DNA from: Geosiphon pyriformis uo1
Lineage: Eukaryota > Fungi > Glomeromycota
DNA: 64,000 nucleotides
Direction: 5' to 3'
NCBI GenBank assembly: GCA_016748015.1
Contig: JAAOMT010000502.1
Span: 186,001 to 250,000, forward strand
Shown: positions 26,039 through 39,460 of the stretch, one piece after another
Layout of the letters: the number at the start of each line of letters is the position of its first letter
How positions within the stretch are numbered: position 1 is the stretch's first letter
Program-made: the position numbers and the translations under genes
Notes under the pieces: generated by a model
Databases searched by the model: none
What the model saw: only the letters and a program-made list of their open reading frames with translations
Told to the model about the DNA's origin: nothing

Positions 26039-27813
26039 ATGTCTTCAAAGAAAAAAACAAAATCAACTGTTCAAAAGCCTGGAGGCTGGACAAATTATGG
26101 GGCTGTACCCCCTGGTAATATTGAATAGTCCGTTCATGAATTTTTTCTCGTAATGTTTCTAACATAAATTTTTAAAGCCACTGAAGATAGTATTGTTGAG
26201 GAATCTATTAATGCTTCTGCCGAACATCAAGAAGAAAAAGGATCAAATTGGACTGCTTTTGTTCACATAGTGTAAGTCATTCAATTTGAATTTGTGAGAT
26301 AAAATTCGTTCTTGCTATTACTAAATTTACCCACAAAATTATTACCGCAAATTTCCATTTTTGATAATTAAATGCGACATCTTATGCTTTTATAGATGTA
26401 TAATTGCTGGTTCTGGTACTTTGGGTATTGCGTATGCAATTAAACAAGGTGGTTGGGTTTCTATCGTTTCCTTGATTGTTGCAGCAATTGGTGCTGTTTA
26501 TTCGAATAACAAATTAATTGAAACTTTGTATTACGATAGGTAAATGAAATATTCTTTCTTATAAAGTATTCATTTGCTTTTCACTTGTTTATAATAATGA
26601 TTTGGCCATATTTTTATTTTACCAAAGTAAAACTCGTAAAAATTCGATAACACAAATAGCCCAAGATGCATTTGGAAACCTTGGCTTTATAACTGTTGGC
26701 TTCTTCTCAAGTTGTATCACGCTCGGTTGCCCAGTTCTCTACCTTATACTATCCGGGGACAACCTACAGATTTTGTTTCAGAATCTCGACGTAGATTTGG
26801 GTATGAGGAATTGGGTTTATATATGTGGTGGTGTGATGGCTATTCCTTTTGTTTTATTAAAGACGATGAAAGAGGCCGCTTGGCTGAGGTAACAGATTAT
26901 TTTTTATATCATAGTTCGAATGTTTCTTCAAAATGATACGCAGAAAATTCATTGGCTTTTTTAATATTTTTAGCGTATTTGGAGCATTGACCACCTTTGT
27001 TGTTGTCATTGTGGTCTCGTTTATGTCTGTAGCTGATTACTCCGACCATCCAAACAGTGGTCATGATATTATCAATTTTCGAAATATTCCTTTGGCTATG
27101 GGAACTTTTAGCTTTAGCTATGGTGGGAATGTTGTATTTCCGAACGTAGAGGCTGGGTATGATTAATTTTAAATTTTAAATTATTGCTTTACTTCGAGAA
27201 ATTTACTAATATTTTAATTAATAAAATCTGAATATTCGTCAGAATGAAAAATCCATCAGCTTGGCCTCGAATCAATTTTCTCGCCATTCTTTTCATAACT
27301 TTAATGTATTTATTGATTGGTATTCCTAGCTACCTTACTTATGGTTATGCTACAACTTCTCCGATCTACCTTAATCTTCCAAGCGGGTGGACCGTCACTG
27401 CCTCGATATTTTTAATTACGGCACATGTCCTTCTTGCGCTCCCTATCTATCTCACATCACTCGCTCTAGAATTGGAGGAGTACGCCGGGGTTAACGTGTC
27501 AAATCTCGGAAAATCCCGGGAATTTATCGCCCGTATTCTATTGCGTACGTCTTTGATGATATTAACAGTTTGGTTGGCTATTAGTGTACCTTATTTTGCG
27601 GATGTGATGGCATTGATGGGTGCTTTTGGTAATGGATTATTGATCATAGTTGTTCCGATTTTGTTCTGGATTAAATTGTATGGCTGGAATCGATTGAACG
27701 GTCCTTTGGAGAAAACGTGGGTAGTTTTTATCATGATCTTAGCTACAATAGGAGCTGTGATTGGTACCTGGGATGCTTCAAACTCGCTATGGAGACGTAT
27801 TATCAAAGGCTAA
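26039..27813 (+). CDS. Amino-acid transporter, Aa_trans/AAAP family (AVT1-like), 6 exons, 442 aa
   Basis: Exons 26039-26114, 26178-26271, 26396-26539, 26628-26888, 26974-27156 and 27243-27813 (all GT-AG, in frame). Motifs 'VCIIAGSGTLGIAYAIKQGGW' and 'FSYGGNVVFPNVEAGMKNP'; many TM segments. Confidence 0.93.
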
Positions 27814-30800
27814 GAATTGAAGAGTCAAGTCAAATTATTTTATCATATAGAAATGTCAAGATTAAGTATCTTTAAATAAACAATTGTCCAAAAAAATTAT
27901 TCATTAAACTTTTAATAGAATTAGATTTCATTTGAGCCTAAGACAGGCCGTAAATAAACATTTTCAAACTTTGAATCAAGGATCCGGGATTGTAAATCAA
28001 GGTGCTAGATAAAATGACAATAAAATTTCTTCTAGTTAATAAAGGTTTCATATATATCTGTATCTTGGGTTTACACCGTTTTAAAGCACGTGATAATAAG
28101 TGTAACAATTAAAATGGGGTGAACAGTATCGTTGTTTTATAATAAAATTGCAGATAAGAAAATTCTAATCTTATTTTTATTTGCAATAAAATTTACACAA
28201 ATAATTGAATAAATATAAAAATAATTAAATCTGAAAAAATGCAAATTTTAAAAAAGATAAGATTTTTTTTTACTGTTTCTTCCTGTTTAATATATGAAAG
28301 TATAGTATTTAAACAATTAAATGATCTTTCTGATTCTTATAATATTTCAAATTTTTCAAAATTTCATATATCATTACAGCTTTAATAAATATATGGTTTT
28401 AATTGGTAAAGTAATTCATTAATTAAAAATTAATTAATATATATATTGCATTTTTATTAGATTCTGATATAATTTTGTATTTCCGTTAATTTTTATAGAG
28501 TTAAATAATGTTTGGATATTAATTGTAAAAACCAATTAGATTCATAATGATTTAATTCATTTCCTTTTTAATTTTTGCAAAAACTCGCATTGATTGAATT
28601 TGAAAATATTTGCGAGCTTAAGGAATATTTTTCCCTAAGAAAAAAAATAAAGTTTTTGGAAATTTCGATTCTTTTGAATCAAAGATTATTTAATTGACTT
28701 GCACAAATTCTTTGGATTTTCTCAGTAGAAAAGCAAATCTGAAATTGAACATTGAGCAAAAGCTTACATGTGAATAGCATGTCTCGAAATTTCCAAATCT
28801 TCTTGAAAAGGTGATTGTTTAAATTTTTAAAATAATTTTGAATTCTATGAAATAAATAAAAAGTAGAAAGCTATCTTTTTAACAAGAGATCTTTGTGTAT
28901 TCTTAAAAATTATTCCAAGAAGGCCTCACCAAATGAGAATATTAAAGAAAATTTGTTTTAATTTTCTTATTTAAGAATTCCATAATTAAAACCTCTAGAT
29001 AAAACAACTCATTTTAAATTTTTTAGTGTGATCATTTTTTATTCACAATCGGGCTCTAAATTCATCCACTAAGTGTGGTGTTTCCTCGTTCTCACACACC
29101 GAGATATTCTTCTCATCAGATACTTTACCGCACTTGGAATATCTATCGAATTTTTGCTTCAGAAAAAACTGTCTATAAACAATTAACATTAAAGATATTA
29201 TTTAAAACACGACAGGCCAAAAAGGTGAGAATGAATGATCTTAAGAGCATATTGCATTTAAGAGTCACAATATTTATTTTTGAATAATAAAAATTTCAAC
29301 CATATCCAGATCTGTTACGCCTTTTTGTGTCTGAAAACAGGGATTCAGAAGTAGGATGAACGAATAATAGTGTAAGAAAAAATAACCCAAAAGACAAATT
29401 TCGTAATTTCACTTTACAGAAGTAAATATGCAAAAAGGAAATTTCTAGATTCAATCTGATTCGTCAATTGAGTTGTCGTCTTCATCATATAAATCATTTT
29501 TAATGTTTGTATGCCTTTATTTTGATATTTCCTCAATAAAGAAAAAGAAGTCTTTTAAATAAGCCATTAAAAAGCTTCAATTTATTATTTCAGGTAAAAT
29601 TAACATACTTTAATTTTTTAATTTCACAAATAAATCGAGCAGAATATTCATTTCGGCAAAAATTTGTTTGGCTAAGAGCAATTCTTGTAGCTTATGCCTA
29701 CGCCAACAGCCAAGGTCGGTTATTTTTCCAAATAACTTATGTGTATGCCCTTTATAATTAAAAGATTTTTGAGATCAAATATTAAAAACAAAAATTATGA
29801 AATTAGATGCAGTAAATATTACAAATAATATTATTTAAGATTATTATAAAAATTTAATTGCTTATTAAAAAAACAATCTTTGATAAAATATTATTCATTC
29901 GTATTTTTAATTAATTTTTTGGCAATAAATAATTATGTTTTATTTTTATGTGTGCATTTGTTATTAATTGTTATTGGTTATTTTATTTATTATAATAATA
30001 TTTATAAAAGATTTTAAATTATATTTTTGTCGATATTTTTTAATTATTTTAAAAAAATTATTAGTTTGATTATTCATTTAATCATTAATTGGCTGTTCAG
30101 TTTTTGACTTGATTATTAATATGTGTGTAAAAAAACGGCATTAAATACAAGTAAATAAAAACAATTAAAAGATTATTAAAATAAGCTTTTTTTTTTAACT
30201 GTATTGCAAAGTTAAATATATTTTATTTGTTTAAATTCTTAAAATTTATGAATTATTTTCTTTTATAATTTATCTTATTAGAATTAATTTGTTTTTATAT
30301 ATTTATTTTTTATTTTTTTGTAATTATATTAATTTCTTGAAAACTGTTTTTAAATACATTATTAAATCCAAAATTTTTGAATTGAACACTTCAATTTAGG
30401 GTTTTTTTGTTTGATTTTGCTATTCACCATTTTTTATGTTTTGATATAATTAGTTGAAAAAATCAAAATAAATTTTTAATAATCAGTAACTATATTTGTA
30501 GCGATTAAAAAATATGTTTAATCTGTAATTTTCACAATTTTTAATACTGATGGTCGTGAAATAATTTAGGGAAGCGTATTATTCTAACGTTTTATTTTGC
30601 CTTTTTATACTTGTTAGCTCAAGGTTTAATTCCAAATTCCACAATTTGGGAATGTTTATAAATTTTCAAATCTTTTGTTTGGAGGTTTCAAGAACAAAAT
30701 TGTCGCACATCATGTTGACTATTTATAATGAATTTTGATTTCGAAAATTATAAAATTAATTTTTAAATGCAAAGAATTATTAAATTAATATTTGGCAACG

Positions 30801-31945
30801 TAATTCGAAAATAAAGAATTTTTTTCTTTTTTTATAATGATAAATTTGAAAAATTAAATCGGGATCAGCATTCATATTATCTATTTTGGCAATCGAAAGA
30901 TGCTAGAATATATTATTTTATAATTGAATCTTTTTCGTTCTTTTTGGAAAACTGTATTTGCTTTTAATTAATCTACCGAAGATATTTTTTATTATCAGCT
31001 AGTTTCTTCAACCTGAAATGACCAGGATTGCACTTAAAACAGATAAAACCCTTAAAATGATTTTCATTTAACTTTTTCACGCTCAAATCCTCAATTTTAT
31101 TCCTTTCATAACTTGACGTCAATACAACACTAATGTAGTTTAAAATCATTACTCTTCTCAAGATTCAAGTAAAAACTTGAAGCAAAGATAGAGTCCCATA
31201 CAAAATTTATTGAAACTGTGTGAAAATGGGTTTTAGAATTTTCGTTCATATCAATTTTTTTCTTTATTAAACTATGTTCCTATCGCGAATGATTGATTTT
31301 AATGCAAGCTACATAAAAAGTATTGTGGGTTTTCAAGGACTTTGCAATCTAAAATTTACGATTAGCTTATTCCAAGCATATCTAAGACATTTTTAATCCA
31401 TACTAAAAAACACATTTTTAGTTTTTTTTGGAAGAAAGCAGGTGTAAAATGATTTTAAAGTCATATGTGCAAAAAAATCATTTTCTCCATTGAAATCCTT
31501 TTACAAAAACAAATACTAAAGAGCAAAGTACTTTTGTTTCTCTGGACAATCTACTCAGCCCTTTTTTTTTTTTTGGTATAAAAACCTCTTTGTTTACAAA
31601 AACCAATCAATGCCATTACTAAGAATCTCGGCTAATAGGAAAGCTGCAAAATTTCCTGAAATTGAAAATCTAGTTGGACCTGCATTTCAAAAGTCTTATT
31701 TTCGACTGTTCGATTTTCTTTCATGTCAAGTGATTTGTCAATCATGATCAAAAGTCCACAATGTCGGTGTTTGTTGACAAAACATTTGTTATACTTTTCA
31801 GATGGTTTAAGTTTATAACATATATATATGCTTTTAAATTAATTGTGGTAATTCATAGATCTCACATTATTTCATTTTGTGATTATGCAGCTAAAAAAAT
31901 CTGAATTTCTCATTGATATAAATGAAATCTGAACCACCCAAAGTC

Positions 31946-31966
31946 GGGGGGGGGGGGGGGGGGGGG
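31946..31966 (+). repeat. G21 homopolymer
   Basis: 21 consecutive G in AT-rich intergenic DNA. Confidence 0.95.
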
Positions 31967-34133
31967 AAGGGTAAGTTAAACTCTTAATAGCATAGCATCA
32001 TTATACTTCTTCCGATAAACATATATCTGTTTCATGTAATGATAACCAGATTATTTTTTTATTTTAGTTTTATAATCTACTAGGATAAGATAGTGTCTAC
32101 AAACATTAAAAAAGTTTTTTCTGAAAATTTGAATAAGACCTCACTTTTTTCGATATAGATTTTTAATCGGAAAATTTCAATTTTAAAATAATATTTAAAA
32201 TTTTATTTTTCTAAACATTTTGAGTTTATAGAGTAGAAAAACATAAATATCTTTTCATTTTAAATAATTAAAATATTACAAAAACCACCTTACTTTTAAC
32301 TTTTTTTTCAATATATTTCATAACTTTGGTCTAATAACACATTTTTCTCGAACAATCAAAAATTATTAAAACAAAAACTCGTGAAAATCTATTAGTTAGA
32401 TTTTTAATAAACATAAAAAATTAATATTTCCAAATTTACTCTCTAAACATTATTATTTGTCAAAAAAAAAAAAGAACAATCAATCTCACTTTGTTCTGCA
32501 AAGAACCTTTCACTCCCCAAACTGAAACATCTTGATCCTTATTTTTTTGAAACAATTAAATTTATGTTTTAATAACCAACTCTTAAGTTTATTTACTTAA
32601 TCTCAATTGAAAATAACAATCATAATAATAGAGTTAGAGGGTTACGTGAAAAGATTGATTGGTGAAATAATGAAAGGTTCACGGGTAAATATGAGATCAA
32701 GAGATGAATTTTATCCATATTATTGGGAAATAACTTTAAAACCAACCATAACTGGATCTCATGAGAAAATTAAAATTTGAACAATATCAATGGCTAATAA
32801 ATTTGCCGAAAAGTAAAAAAAAAACTGTTTGGATATGTTTTTAATGTAAATAATAATTTATAAAGTGCTTAAATTTTTAAAATGTCTCCCAATTTTTAAT
32901 AATAATGAAAAAAAATATATTCCTTAAAAAGGTAAGTGTCTTTAAATAATTTGTTTTAATTTATAAATGCTATTTCAAATCGATTCTTAAAATGTTTCAC
33001 TTGAAAAGGCAGATTGATTTCCCACGCAAATTTTTAAATTTTCCATCAAAAAGCCCGAGAATTTCCAAAGCTGTGCTTAAAAGCTTAAGAACATCCTATA
33101 TCCTGTTTTTAGCAAGTTCACCAACCCAAAATCCAAAACTTTGAGTTAGAATTTTTAAAAGAATGAGAAAAACGGAAAAATAATAAAAATGATTGATAAT
33201 TGGTTTGAATGGACAATTCTGGCTTGTTGACAAAAAAAAGTTTGAGTAATTTTGGCAAATATTTTCAATTAGGCAGAGAAGTGTGGGAATATTTTCAATC
33301 AATGGCAAGTAGTTAGTGTATTTCAAAAGCTCGGGAATTTAGATCTGCTCTTTCCGGTTTTGTTATACAGGGTGAAACGCGTTTACATGAAATGGTTATC
33401 TTAAAAGGAAAAGATCAGATACTGTTGCAGGTCTCAACAAATTATTTAAATTTAGATTCTTTTTGTTAATTTGTACTCTTCAAGCCTCAATTTATGTTTC
33501 AAATTTACGCCATTTGAAAATCTAAATATTTCTTTCCATTAATAGTATATCAGCTATGTGATGGGTCATTATTACTGCAGGTTTATTTTTTTCTCAATTT
33601 TTTTTTTGAAAGTCACTCTTTGATAAGAAAAGCCTGGATAATGCAATTATTGAAATCGTGGTATTAGGTTAGAAAGGAAATTGATCTTAATAATCTCTTA
33701 ATAAAATACGTTTCAAGATTTTTACAATTTATACAGTTTCTTGTTTTAAAATGAATAATGACTTGTGATCAAAGATGAAATTGATAAAGCTAACGTGTTT
33801 TCAAAAAAAAATGAAAATGAAAAGGCTTAGTCGCTATAAATTTTCCATTTTCGCTAATGAGCAATTTTAAGCAGCGGTCCTTACCCGGGCTGCCATAAAC
33901 TAAACAAACAATTAGCAAACAACACGCTACGATCATGGATAATGGCATGATATTCAGCGTTTCGATCAGCTAATATTGATAAGGCTTTTTGAATCATTGA
34001 CAGTTAATTATATGTCATCAGCAGTGATATGAATTAGAGTACACGAGGATGATCATTGAAACAATAAAAATCGCGTAGGCTGACGAACCATTCTTCATAC
34101 CAATTCGTAAACTTCAAATTTCTCTTTTACAAA

Positions 34134-35238
34134 ATGTTCAACCTTTTCCCAATAATCTTTATTCTCTCCTATTTTATAATCAAATATGGACTATATGAGC
34201 TCTTGTTTTTGTTTATTTACATCGGGATTGTGTTGTTATTTTCCTATTTTACAGGAAGCTTTAGTCTTTGGAAGAGCAAAAAGTCCACCGACAATAAGAA
34301 TGAAGAAACACTTCTTACTCAAAGACTCTTGAATGATTTGGAGCTCCTCTTTAAAAACCGAAATGTGACCAATTGTGATTTGGAAATTACAGTCGGGAAA
34401 GCACCAGCTTTCGAAACCTTTCATGCACATTCTACTATTTTGTCCGCGAGAAGTCATTATTTCAGCAAGCAGTTGCCCAAAACCTCTAAAATTCAGTTCC
34501 AGGATATGAGTCCTACAGTTTTTGAAACTCTTTTAAAGTAAGAGATGTTGAATAAAATTATTCATATCAAATCACAAATCTTTACTGACGAATTTATTTA
34601 AAAATTAACGTTTCAGGTATATGTACACGGGGAAAATTGATATGACTTGCTACAAACCAGACTTGTATTTGCTAAAAGGTGCCAAATATTTAGGAATCCC
34701 AGGTCTTGCTTTGTATTTGCAAGATTATATGATCAAAAACGATCCACTCTGGGTCAATGAGAACTTGCCCTTTGTACTACAACAATGCCATTCTACGCCT
34801 GAATTCGCAAAACTCGTGGACTATTGCCGTTTTCAATTGCGTAAAAATCCTTCCAGAATTCTCAGAGGTCCAACTTTCACTTCAATTTCTGAAAAACTAT
34901 TGCTTTCCTTGTTGGAACGTGATGATCTTGATATGGACGAAATCGAAATTTGGGACAAAGTATTGGCCTGGAGTTTAGACAAACATAAAGACTTTGATCC
35001 AGATGTCAAGAAATGGAGCACAACGGATATTGAAAAGATGTATAATACGCTCAGCCCTTTTATTCCACATATAAGATTCTTTCAAATATCTCAAGAAGAT
35101 TATTTCCTCAACATTCGACCATACAAATTTTGCTTACCGGCACAATTAAGGGAAGATTTGAAGGTGCGACATTATTTACCGGGCAGCACTGTCAAGACTA
35201 CTATTTTACCACCGAGGGTACGATCGATGGAAATTTGA
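34134..35238 (+). CDS. BTB/POZ-BACK protein with hydrophobic N-terminus, 2 exons, 341 aa
   Basis: Exons 34134-34537 and 34617-35238. BTB 'DLEITVG...FHAHSTILSARSHYF...SPTVFETLLKYMYTGKI'. BACK 'LLERDDLDMDEIEIWDKVLAW...IPHIRFFQIS'. Confidence 0.92.
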
Positions 35239-36839
35239 TGTATTATAATGTGTGTTGACATGATGTATAGGTAAAGACATATTGAACAGCAGGCTATTCA
35301 ACGAAAGGCGATAACTTCAATTTTCACCATATTTTCGACATTTATCAAGGAATTACATATAACATTGAAAATCCGTTCAAAAAAATAAAGTTCATTTTTC
35401 ATTTAGTACACTGAACAATAGTTTCCTAAAGCTCCAAATTATCTTTAGCTTTGTTATCATTTCTGTAATAATTTAATGTTAAACTAGCAAATGTACACCC
35501 AGTAATATATTGGGAAAAAAAAATAGCATTTATTGAATAAAATTCTCAAAATTCGAAAACTCATTTTGCAAATGACTAATCTTCCAATGAAATTTCTGTT
35601 CTTCAATTTATCAAATATCGGAAAATTGCAAATATTATTACAAATTAAAACTTGCGACTTGACATAGATTCAAAAGTGACAAATTGACATCAATATCTTT
35701 TTACTTTTCTTTGAAAGTAAGAAAGGGGCAGACATTCAAAGATATATGATTTCCTATATTTACAAGCTTAGTAAGGCTTTTTCGTTTTTACCATCACTAA
35801 TTGTATTCCCAAATTTTGATCCAACTTCCAAATATTTGATGTATGCTGTGTAACAGTACTCTTGGGAAATTTGAGCCTTCCCAAGCCAAACACCTTGTCA
35901 CACGCTCAAGTTCTGTAAATTTGCCATGTTTAATAATTGTACGTCTTATCTTCTAGCTAGCGTTACACGATGTTGAACTCAACGGAAACTACATCTCATT
36001 AAAATTATAGCTTTCGAGATTGCATAAATTAGAACTTTATAAAGTGCAAATTCCTTAAATCCTCACGAATGAGGAATTTTGAACTTGAAAATTTTTGGTC
36101 TTTCACCATGTTATCTTTTGTAGTTTGAAAATCGATTTTATAGTCTTGGAAAGTTGTCACAATCTGCGGGGCGGATGAGGCAAAAAAGACTTTCCTCTAA
36201 TTTAAAATTGTCTCTTATCATCATTGAGGAAATCTTGTCCCATACTAAATACATTCGAAATACAATTCAATATGTGCAAAATCCATAGAAACACACTTTG
36301 AAATTTCGAAAATCTAAATGGACCAAGATTCTGCGATTGTTTTACTATTCATCAAGCACAATTGTTATCGAGAAAATTGAACTCCATTTTTTTGAATTTA
36401 AATTACACATCATTTTAATCTTTTACCTTTAAAAACCTCTTTAATTTTTATTTGCTTTTCAATTTATTTTCTTTTGTCTTAATTTTTTTACGACAAATTT
36501 TACGAACACGCAATCACATTGAAACAAAAATAATATACTCAGGTCATCATAATAGTTTTAAATATAGCAAAAAAATTAGCGAGCAGAATTTAATTTCAAT
36601 AATTTCAATTTTACAATTTCCATAACTTTATTAATTAATAATCAAAAACAGATTTTTATTTCCAAATAAGAAAATTTGTTTTTTAAAATAAATAATTGCG
36701 ATAAATTTGGTATTTTTCAAAAGTAGTGATCTTTTTGGTTGCAATTTTTTTTATTTGACATTTTAAAATTCAACTCACAAAAATATTTATTATTTAAATA
36801 ATAGATTAGATTAAAAAAATTTCAAGTCAATTTTTTGAA

Positions 36840-37145
36840 AAGCTTTTTTTTCTTTTTTCAATTGCAATAACGAGGGTGATCCAATTGCTATCTAAAACTA
36901 TACAACATGCAAGTCATAAATTAGATGCGACTCATGCCCTTGCTACACATGACCAGCCACCCGAGCTGATCAAAGCTACACTATACCCCTAAAACCGAAC
37001 CCAAAGAGCCCACATTACCAGGTAGGCCATGGCCACTGAACAAAACACCAGAAATTACGCAATTAACAGCACTCATACCAAAATAAATTAATAAACCCCT
37101 GGCAAAACATCCTTGCAGACATCCACCATATCGTTTAAAGTGTTA
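36840..37145 (-). mobile_element. Possible short retroposon 3' fragment (GC-richer island with A-rich end)
   Basis: Abrupt ~300-bp strand-skewed, GC-richer island. On the minus strand it ends in AAAAAGAAAAAAAA (36844-36858). No protein motif recognised. Confidence 0.3.
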
Positions 37146-37869
37146 CATAATCTAATTATAACATTTAATTACATTTATGTATCATATATTAATTTATTAA
37201 TTAAATAATTTTTATTAATTTTTTTAAATAATAATAAAAATTATAAAACTAACTTAATACTAATTTTGATTTAAATTTTAACAAAGATATTGGTGTCTGG
37301 TTTGCTTAAAAAAATTATTAAAATTCAAAAAGAATATATTATGTATTTTTATATGCTAATAAAATAAATAATAATGTTAAATTTCTCATATATTGGATAA
37401 GATATAGCCAAAAAAATATCAAAATTTCGATAAATAAATTTATTTAAAACAATACAACTTTAAATTATTTTATAAGTAAAATAAATGTAAAAGAACTATT
37501 TCTATTAATCAACTTAATGTTAAATTCGGAGGGCTGGTTATGTGTTATCAGTATACAATCTATGACGATTGGCTTATATAAGAATAGTTAAAGTCATATT
37601 TTTAAGTATAACCATATAAAACATTATGTTTACAAGTTATAATCAAACTAAAATTTCTGGCTTTTACAATATGATTATTAATTCTATTGCTTTATTGAAA
37701 CAAAAAATTATTTTTCAAATTATCCAAATAAACAAAAATAAAGTATATTTCATCTGTTTATTATCATCATCTATAAAATAGAGACTTTTTTAAATAGGGT
37801 ATATTCATATAATAATGTCTAAATTATTTTTTCTTTTTTGTAAATATTATTAGTAATTGATTATTTTTT

Positions 37870-39460
37870 TATTTAGGCCTGCAATGTGTAAAATCTTAAA
37901 TCTTAATTTTTGGCAAAAAGTGTTAAATAGTTATATTAAATAATTCTAAATATACTTGAAATCTTGTACAAAGAACTTAATTATTATTATAAAAACTATA
38001 TTACAGGATTTTAAAACAAGATTGTTATTTTAATATATTTATTTTTCTCAAAATTTGCCACTAGAAAATTTCAAAATACTATAGAATTTACAAAACAATA
38101 TTTAAAGACTTATCAGTTAAAAATGTTTAATATTAATCTAAAGTATAAATCAGATCTTTATTTAACTATTAATAACTAAATCCTCTAAAAACTTCCTTAG
38201 AAAAAATAAATTTAGACAACATTATTACAACATATAAGCATTTATTTCTATAAACAGTTTTCAAATTAGTTGTCAAATACTATATAGTAAATCTAAAAAA
38301 TACTACAGTTTTTTTGGTTATTAAAAATTTGACAAATATTATTAAAACTTCAGACAATATGTTGAATTCAGTCTTTTAGTTTTATTAAACATTATTTTAT
38401 ATTACTGATTTTGTATTAAAAATACTTTTCTAATTTTATGTTATATTACAATAATTTCTAATTTTTTCTTGAGATCATTTTCTTAAAATAACATAGATCT
38501 GTTTATTTTTTTGTATTTTTCATATATTTTTAGAAATGGAATTGAGAAAAATATTTTTTAAGATAATTATATTTTAAATACTCTTCTTAATAACTATAAA
38601 AAACATAAAAAAGCTCTCAAAATATTTAAAAAAACTTTGAATAAAGATAATATTAAATGTCATAATATAAATAATTTGCATTAAAACTTTTTCTGTAAAT
38701 ACATAATGTTTTTAAATTTAGTAAAAAAAAGTTAAATTATTATATAGACTATATTAATTTAGTAGAACATATATTTTAAAACATTTTTACAAGTTATTAA
38801 TTATAAACTGATTAATTTTGATCAAATAAACAATAGTACAATAGAATTTTTTACTATTTTATATATTTAAATCTGGTTAATAATACAAAAAATTTTTAAA
38901 AAAGTACTTTATTGCTTTAAAACTGGTAATTTAAAGAATATGGAAAATACAAATTAATAATAAACTCTAATTTATAACTAAAAATCTCAATTTTAAAAAA
39001 ATTTTAAAAATTTCATTATTTAATGCTATGAATATTAAATGAAAACAAATAAATAACAATTAAAAAAATTTATGTTATTGTTACTGTTAGTAGATACCAA
39101 AAAATGAATAGAAAAAATTCATATTTATTTAACAATACAATACAAGAAAAGAAATTACATTAGATAACAATTTTTAATTTTCTACTTAATTCAAATTTGG
39201 CTGGTTATTTTTGATAAAAATTGGTATTATGTAGATAGCTTAAACTGAAAAAGTATTTAAGACTATTTGTTGAAAGAACATTAAGTTTTTTTTCTGTAAG
39301 CTTTTTAATATATAAATATTGTCAATTTAAGAAGAATTAATAAAAACTTAACAAATAAAATAATATTTAAAAGACCATTTAAAAATATTAAAGAAGTAAT
39401 AATAAGAATAAATATACTTAAGCCAACTTTAAAAAAATTTAAATTTTCTAACATCTAAAA
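37870..39460 (+). pseudogene. Hypermutated Crinkler-associated P-loop NTPase-type gene with HhH-like C-terminus
   Basis: 'IYLFFSKFATRKFQNTIEF' (38033-38089; the 3' part restores to TGKSRNATEF by transitions only, Walker A), 'NTTVFLVIKNL' (Walker B-like), 'LLNNYKKHKKALK' (~38583-38621; LLDDCGGHGRALE), 'N*K.YLRLFVERT' (NWxxYFGPFAGRA) and 'IIFKRPFKNIKE'. Family motifs are from memory of glomeromycete CRN-type proteins. Confidence 0.62.

Noticed and set aside
28147-28187. Imperfect hairpin ATTGCAGATAAGAA...TTTTTATTTGCAAT
   Set aside because: Short and AT-rich, so expected by chance; no element boundaries found.
35650-36390. Gene-like GC segment downstream of the BTB gene
   Set aside because: No ORF of 60 aa or more and no motif I could recognise. 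It may be an old pseudogene, but I cannot support that.
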